A stretch of 64,000 nt of DNA, taken from positions 868,001 through 932,000 of the forward strand of contig CP120460.1 of the NCBI GenBank assembly GCA_034226945.1, read 5' to 3'. The DNA comes from Picochlorum sp. SENEW3. Its lineage: Eukaryota. Below, piece after piece: positions 59,869 through 64,000 of the stretch (the stretch's first letter is position 1; each line of letters opens with the position of its first letter). The notes under the pieces were generated by a model. It was not told where the DNA came from. It did no database searches and saw only the letters and a list, made by a program, of their open reading frames with translations. Made by a program: the position numbers and the translations under genes.

Positions 59869-60897
59869 TTAGACTATCCCAGCAGGCAGTTGAATGACCC
59901 CCGTTCCTTGAGCAAACGATTTGACGTAGATGTAACAAAAGTCAGCCAAGATGAACGTTTGGACGATTTCTGAAACAAGCACCATGACTGGCCAAAAGCC
60001 ACTCCCTAAAGCCTTGAAGATAAACTTATCACCTTCTATTATCTGCAAAATCCAATGCGAGCATGCAATGAAGCGCGAGAGGCCAAGAGCAAAGACATAG
60101 TGGGCTGTGAACTGTTCCACGGAGCCTGATTTCTGCATCATTCGTAGCTGAGGAAGCACTGACACTGCTTCGAGGTAAACACAGAAAGCCCATAGGGTCC
60201 TCAAAATAAAGTTGTGCTTTGTAGATGGATGAATCAACAAAGCGAGAACCAAACACGGAATCAGAACAATGGCATGATGCATAGTGTCAAAGGATTTCTG
60301 ATAGGTGGATTTGAGTGGGCCCCTGAGACAATAAATCACCCCAGCAGTAGCCCCAAGAGACAGGAGATCTAAAAATGTGTGAACGTCATACTCCATGACA
60401 AGGCTGCAGAATAATCGCACTCCAAGAAAGAGGGCGGTGAGTTCCTGAGATGCAAGGGATAAACCTGCAGTCAAGATACCCTTATAGTGACGATGCTACA
60501 ATGTCCAGCCAGTGGCCCAGGCTGGGCCAGAAGCATATCCAACGCACCTCCACTGTTTTTCTTTCTTATTAGCTTGTATCCCAGCACTATGATTCCTAGT
60601 GCATGCACAATTTCTGAGAGAATAAAGAGAGTATCGTGATCCTCAATGACCAAATAGAATAGAACCAAGACCTGCATTCCCATTGTCAGCACGTAAGTCT
60701 GATTTCGTTCACATGGATCGTGCAATGGTCTCAAAGACCCTAAACACGTATACACTGGACCCGGTGGGCGAATCACGTACAATAATAGCGGAAGCAATTG
60801 CCGCAACCATTCGCTCTGCATGGCTCCTCGCCTTGAACCATCTACAGATGCAAAGAGACAAGGCTCCACTTGTGAGTAAATTTCTCAATGTGCTCAT
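59869..60897 (-). CDS. ER lumen protein retaining receptor family member (ERD2-related, with N-terminal extension)
   Basis: GLSLASQELTALFL, WAFCVYLEAVSVLPQL, FTAHYVFALG and EIVQTFILADFCYIY; three exons. Confidence 0.9.
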
Positions 60898-61285
60898 CTA
60901 GCTGTAAAACTCGTGCAAAAATATGCCATTTATCTCAAAGAAACGCACCTGATCACAGTCAACAGAGGGTCAGAAGGCGATTTCCTCTCCGTATCGTCTT
61001 CGAAATTCTTGTCTGTTCCATATCTCTGACTAAAATTGACGTTTCCATGGTTGGGGGCTTGGAAATTACCTGTCCCAAAAGACTGCCGATACATTGTTGG
61101 CAATGTTCAAAACTGCTGCGAAGGAGACTCAGACGCAGGGAAACTGTCGTTAATATGAATCATAAAGGGATCTAAATACAATTTCTATTCAATGTTAACG
61201 ACCTACAAGCATCTGTTTGTTATTGGCGTGATTCAGCAGATGTCTCGTATGATCGGAATCTTCCTTGATCAAGGCTGCATGTCAC

Positions 61286-61303
61286 ATATATATATATATA
61301 TAT
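61286..61303. repeat. (AT)n dinucleotide microsatellite
   Basis: atatatatatatatatat in intergenic DNA. Confidence 0.9.
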
Positions 61304-61551
61304 GCGGAAACCACATGCAGGGCTTGCTGCGAAACTGCTGAGCCCCGAGATCATATTCGTATTGGCACATCTGTCCCTGGATGCATGGATTCATCATGTA
61401 TAAAATATAAAGAGGTTTGTAGGAGCAAGATAGATCCCAAGGCAACGAGTCAAGATGCGTCAGCTTCCTTTTCATACAGGAGAATTTGAATTTATGTGGT
61501 TGATCAAATACTGGTGGTAAATAAATATGTACGCATGAAGGAACAATGTCT

Positions 61552-62172
61552 TCATCTAACAATCCATTCTATAAGATTCGACAAGTTGTCAGCATCCATT
61601 CCTGAACATGGACAAAAATCTGTTCTTCCTTCGTCCTGAGGGACAAATCCTGCAATACTCTGCTCGACAATAACGGCCTCCTCAGGTGTCAGAACATCAA
61701 TTTTATTTGATACGAGAAGAATTTGAATATCTAGATGCTTAATGGTTTCTGCGGTATCAAGAAAGAATCTCACAAACGTTTTTGAAAATCTCCGTACCAT
61801 TTCTGCAGACGTACCTAGCACTCTTGTGAATGCCCGTTGAGAATCGCCGAATCTGGCGGCATCGCTTCCATCCACAACAAAAATGATCTTTGTCGCTTCA
61901 TTGTAGTAGTGATGCCATATTGAGCGAATAGATTCTCCTCCACCGACCTCGAGAAGGATGACACTTTTGCCCCGAATTTCTGTATGGGACACGTTTAGAC
62001 CTACCGTAGGCTGATTCGCACTCAATTTTGGACTAGAGCGCTCTGAGTTGGATACTTTTAGGGCCTCTATCAACGTCGTTTTACCAGCACCGTCTAGTCC
62101 TAAAAATAACACTTTTTCTGCTCTTCTTCGAGGTGTCAAGGAGTCAAAAACGTACTCCAAAAGCGAGAACAT
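61552..62172 (-). CDS. Arf-like small GTPase, ARFRP1/Arl3p-like, with divergent G3 motif
   Basis: MFSLL start without Gly2, GLDGAGKTT, PTVGLN, EVGGG, IIFVVDGSD and NKID. Probable in-frame intron 61814-61749. Confidence 0.85.
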   Translation of the reverse strand: MFSLLEYVFDSLTPRRRAEKVLFLGLDGAGKTTLIEALKVSNSERSSPKLSANQPTVGLNVSHTEIRGKSVILLEVGGGESIRSIWHHYYNEATKIIFVVDGSDAARFGDSQRAFTRVLGTSAEMVRRFSKTFVRFFLDTAETIKHLDIQILLVSNKIDVLTPEEAVIVEQSIAGFVPQDEGRTDFCPCSGMDADNLSNLIEWIVR

Positions 62173-62263
62173 CAACAAATCTTGTATATTGCACTATAAA
62201 TTAGAATATTAAATAACTGGGGCAAGAGTTCCACTGGTGCCACAAAGGTAGGACTTGGGATTT

Positions 62264-63414
62264 TCACTGCTCTCTGGGCCTTTTCTGTCTCTCTGCAGTG
62301 GCATCATCAGGGTCCCTCTTCGCTCCTTTTACCAAGGAACCATCTCTTTCAGGATCCATGGATGGATAAACATGAGAAGATTGGTCTCTGCTCTTTGGCA
62401 GAGTCCCAACAGTGGTTTGATTTACACTGCTCGCCTTTGGACGACCCCACAGCAGGGTCAATTTGTCATCATTCACAACCAGGTTATTCCCGAGCTTCTC
62501 TATTGCTTTTTCTGCATCTGATCTCTTTCTGAACGTCACAAAAGCGCAATTTTTGGCAGGAACCTTTTTAATGGTTTTTATTTCCCCGTACGAGTAAAAG
62601 ACACTCTTTAGATCATCTTCTGAGACAGAATCACCTACATTGCCGACGAATAAAGTGGTAATGCTTCTATCATCTGGCGGCATGTTCTTCTTGTGAGGAA
62701 CTTTTGATAGCATTTTCTGAGCGACAGGATCATTTACTCCATAGTATCTGTCCCTGATATTTTGCTCAGCCAAGGGGCCAGATTCAGGGAGTTCATGCCT
62801 GTAGGGGCATTCTGCTCCTCGTTTGCACTCACCCTTAACAAAAAACGAACAAATCTTTGCTTTGTTTCTCTTATAATAAGGCTTATCCCGCTGCAACTTG
62901 TTCAGAAGATCATTCGAGCCCGCCGTGGTAAATTTGCCTCTGTTCAATTCTCCTTCCTCCTCCAGTCTGTTCAAGGCAAATTCTTTTCCTGCCACACTAT
63001 CGGGCAAGTCCTCTTCTAATCCTAGAGCTTTGTCGCGTACTTGTACTGGCAAATTGTAATCCAAATCGAGGAGGCAAACTTGACAGACATTTTTCGCTTT
63101 GGCCACTTCCTGACAGATGATGGTTTTCTTATATCGGGCGTCATTACCTGGGCGCCAACGGAAAACGGTGTAAGGTCGGCCTGAAATATTACAAGTTCCT
63201 CCATATTCCATCTGCAGGAATAAACAAAGACGCATTATGCCAATAACAGGAGAACTGCCGTGGCGCTCAGAGTTCGAAGTCATGCCGGTTGTAAATAACG
63301 TACTCGTTGCATTCTGACATAGGGGTTGGGTCCTAAACATGTTTCACAGACTATAGGAAAATCACTGCGTTCCCATCCATCCCTTTCAGGATCCTGGAGA
63401 AGTCTGTGGGCCAT
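62264..63414 (-). CDS. RBM22: Pre-mRNA splicing factor RBM22/SLT11 (CCCH finger plus RRM)
   Basis: First exon [35 protein letters not shown], then [41 protein letters not shown] and an RRM. Confidence 0.96.
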
Positions 63415-63512
63415 GCTCCTTCTAGTATACGTATCATAAATGGTATGTTTACTTGTGTGCTTCAGTCAAGAAACTTAATAATTACAACAAAACTGTCATT
63501 TTGTTACATGCG

Positions 63513-64000
63513 TCACATGAGGATCCTAGACTCTTTCGATAAAAGTTTCCAGGCTCCTCTCCTCCGATTCTCCGGACATACCCATTCGGTGCGAACATTG
63601 ACTGTTTTGGGTAGGTTTGCAACTCCAAATTGAATAAGGACTGTCTCTCCTTTGGGCCAGTATAAGTTGTCAGTACCTTTTTCTAAAACACCAAACCATG
63701 CAGAATCTGGCCTGGAAGCAGGCCGATACAAGCGATGTACCAAGGTGAAAGTTTTCTCGTTGCTATCTGTTTTCATCACGAGGGCTATCGGCTTTGCATC
63801 GACAACAGGTCCCCATGTAATGTGCACAGCTTCTCTAGGAAGTCTTTGAACATCGTTCGGTCGGTACGATTTTATTGAAGAATGAACACTTCTTCGCCCG
63901 GATTGCTTTGCTTTGTTTCTTGATCCAAGCGGCCTGCCACGTTTTCTGACCTTTTGCTCCATGCTCGGTGTCTTCATTTCAGAACGATTCTCTGTCTCAT
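63513..64000 (-). CDS. AT-hook-containing protein; frame open to the window edge, so possibly 5'-truncated
   Basis: RKRGRPLGSRNK AT-hook; reading frame has no stop between 63977 and 64000. Confidence 0.6.
   Translation of the reverse strand, partial: ETENRSEMKTPSMEQKVRKRGRPLGSRNKAKQSGRRSVHSSIKSYRPNDVQRLPREAVHITWGPVVDAKPIALVMKTDSNEKTFTLVHRLYRPASRPDSAWFGVLEKGTDNLYWPKGETVLIQFGVANLPKTVNVRTEWVCPENRRRGAWKLLSKESRILM

Overview
Gene-dense eukaryotic nuclear DNA with about 36 protein-coding genes in 64 kb, mostly short (about 60-90 nt) GT-AG introns, tiny intergenic spaces and TGTAA motifs downstream of many stop codons. A fatty acid photodecarboxylase, a cycloeucalenol cycloisomerase and probable plastid transit peptides point to a compact-genome green alga (a Picochlorum-like trebouxiophyte is my inference, not verified). 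Recognisable genes: TEL2, ZIP4/SPO22, a FemAB-like GNAT, a DAGL-type class 3 lipase, a RING protein, a TPR/J-domain protein, DCAF11, FAP, PPCS, an OTU deubiquitinase, RBM42, ArgC, IPK2, GCN5, a G3BP-like protein, ABC1K, RPL26, a MAPK, PIG-Q, a ubiquilin, RPL24, CPI1, an F-box protein, Raptor, FAB1, PurH, an LRR-patatin phospholipase, an ERD2-like receptor, an ARFRP1-like GTPase and RBM22. I saw no tRNA, rRNA, CRISPR array or transposon. The most novel-looking item is a tail-to-tail pair of diverged paralogs (314-1967) encoding secreted or membrane-anchored proteins of a family I do not recognise, sharing an intron position. Other leads: a MAPK with PEY instead of TxY, an ARFRP1-like GTPase with EVGGG instead of DxxGQ, a lipase with a probable Ser-Glu-His triad, a J-protein with a duplicated Cys/His module, and a 439-nt RPL26 intron. 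Gene models were spliced by eye and family calls come from remembered motifs, not database searches.
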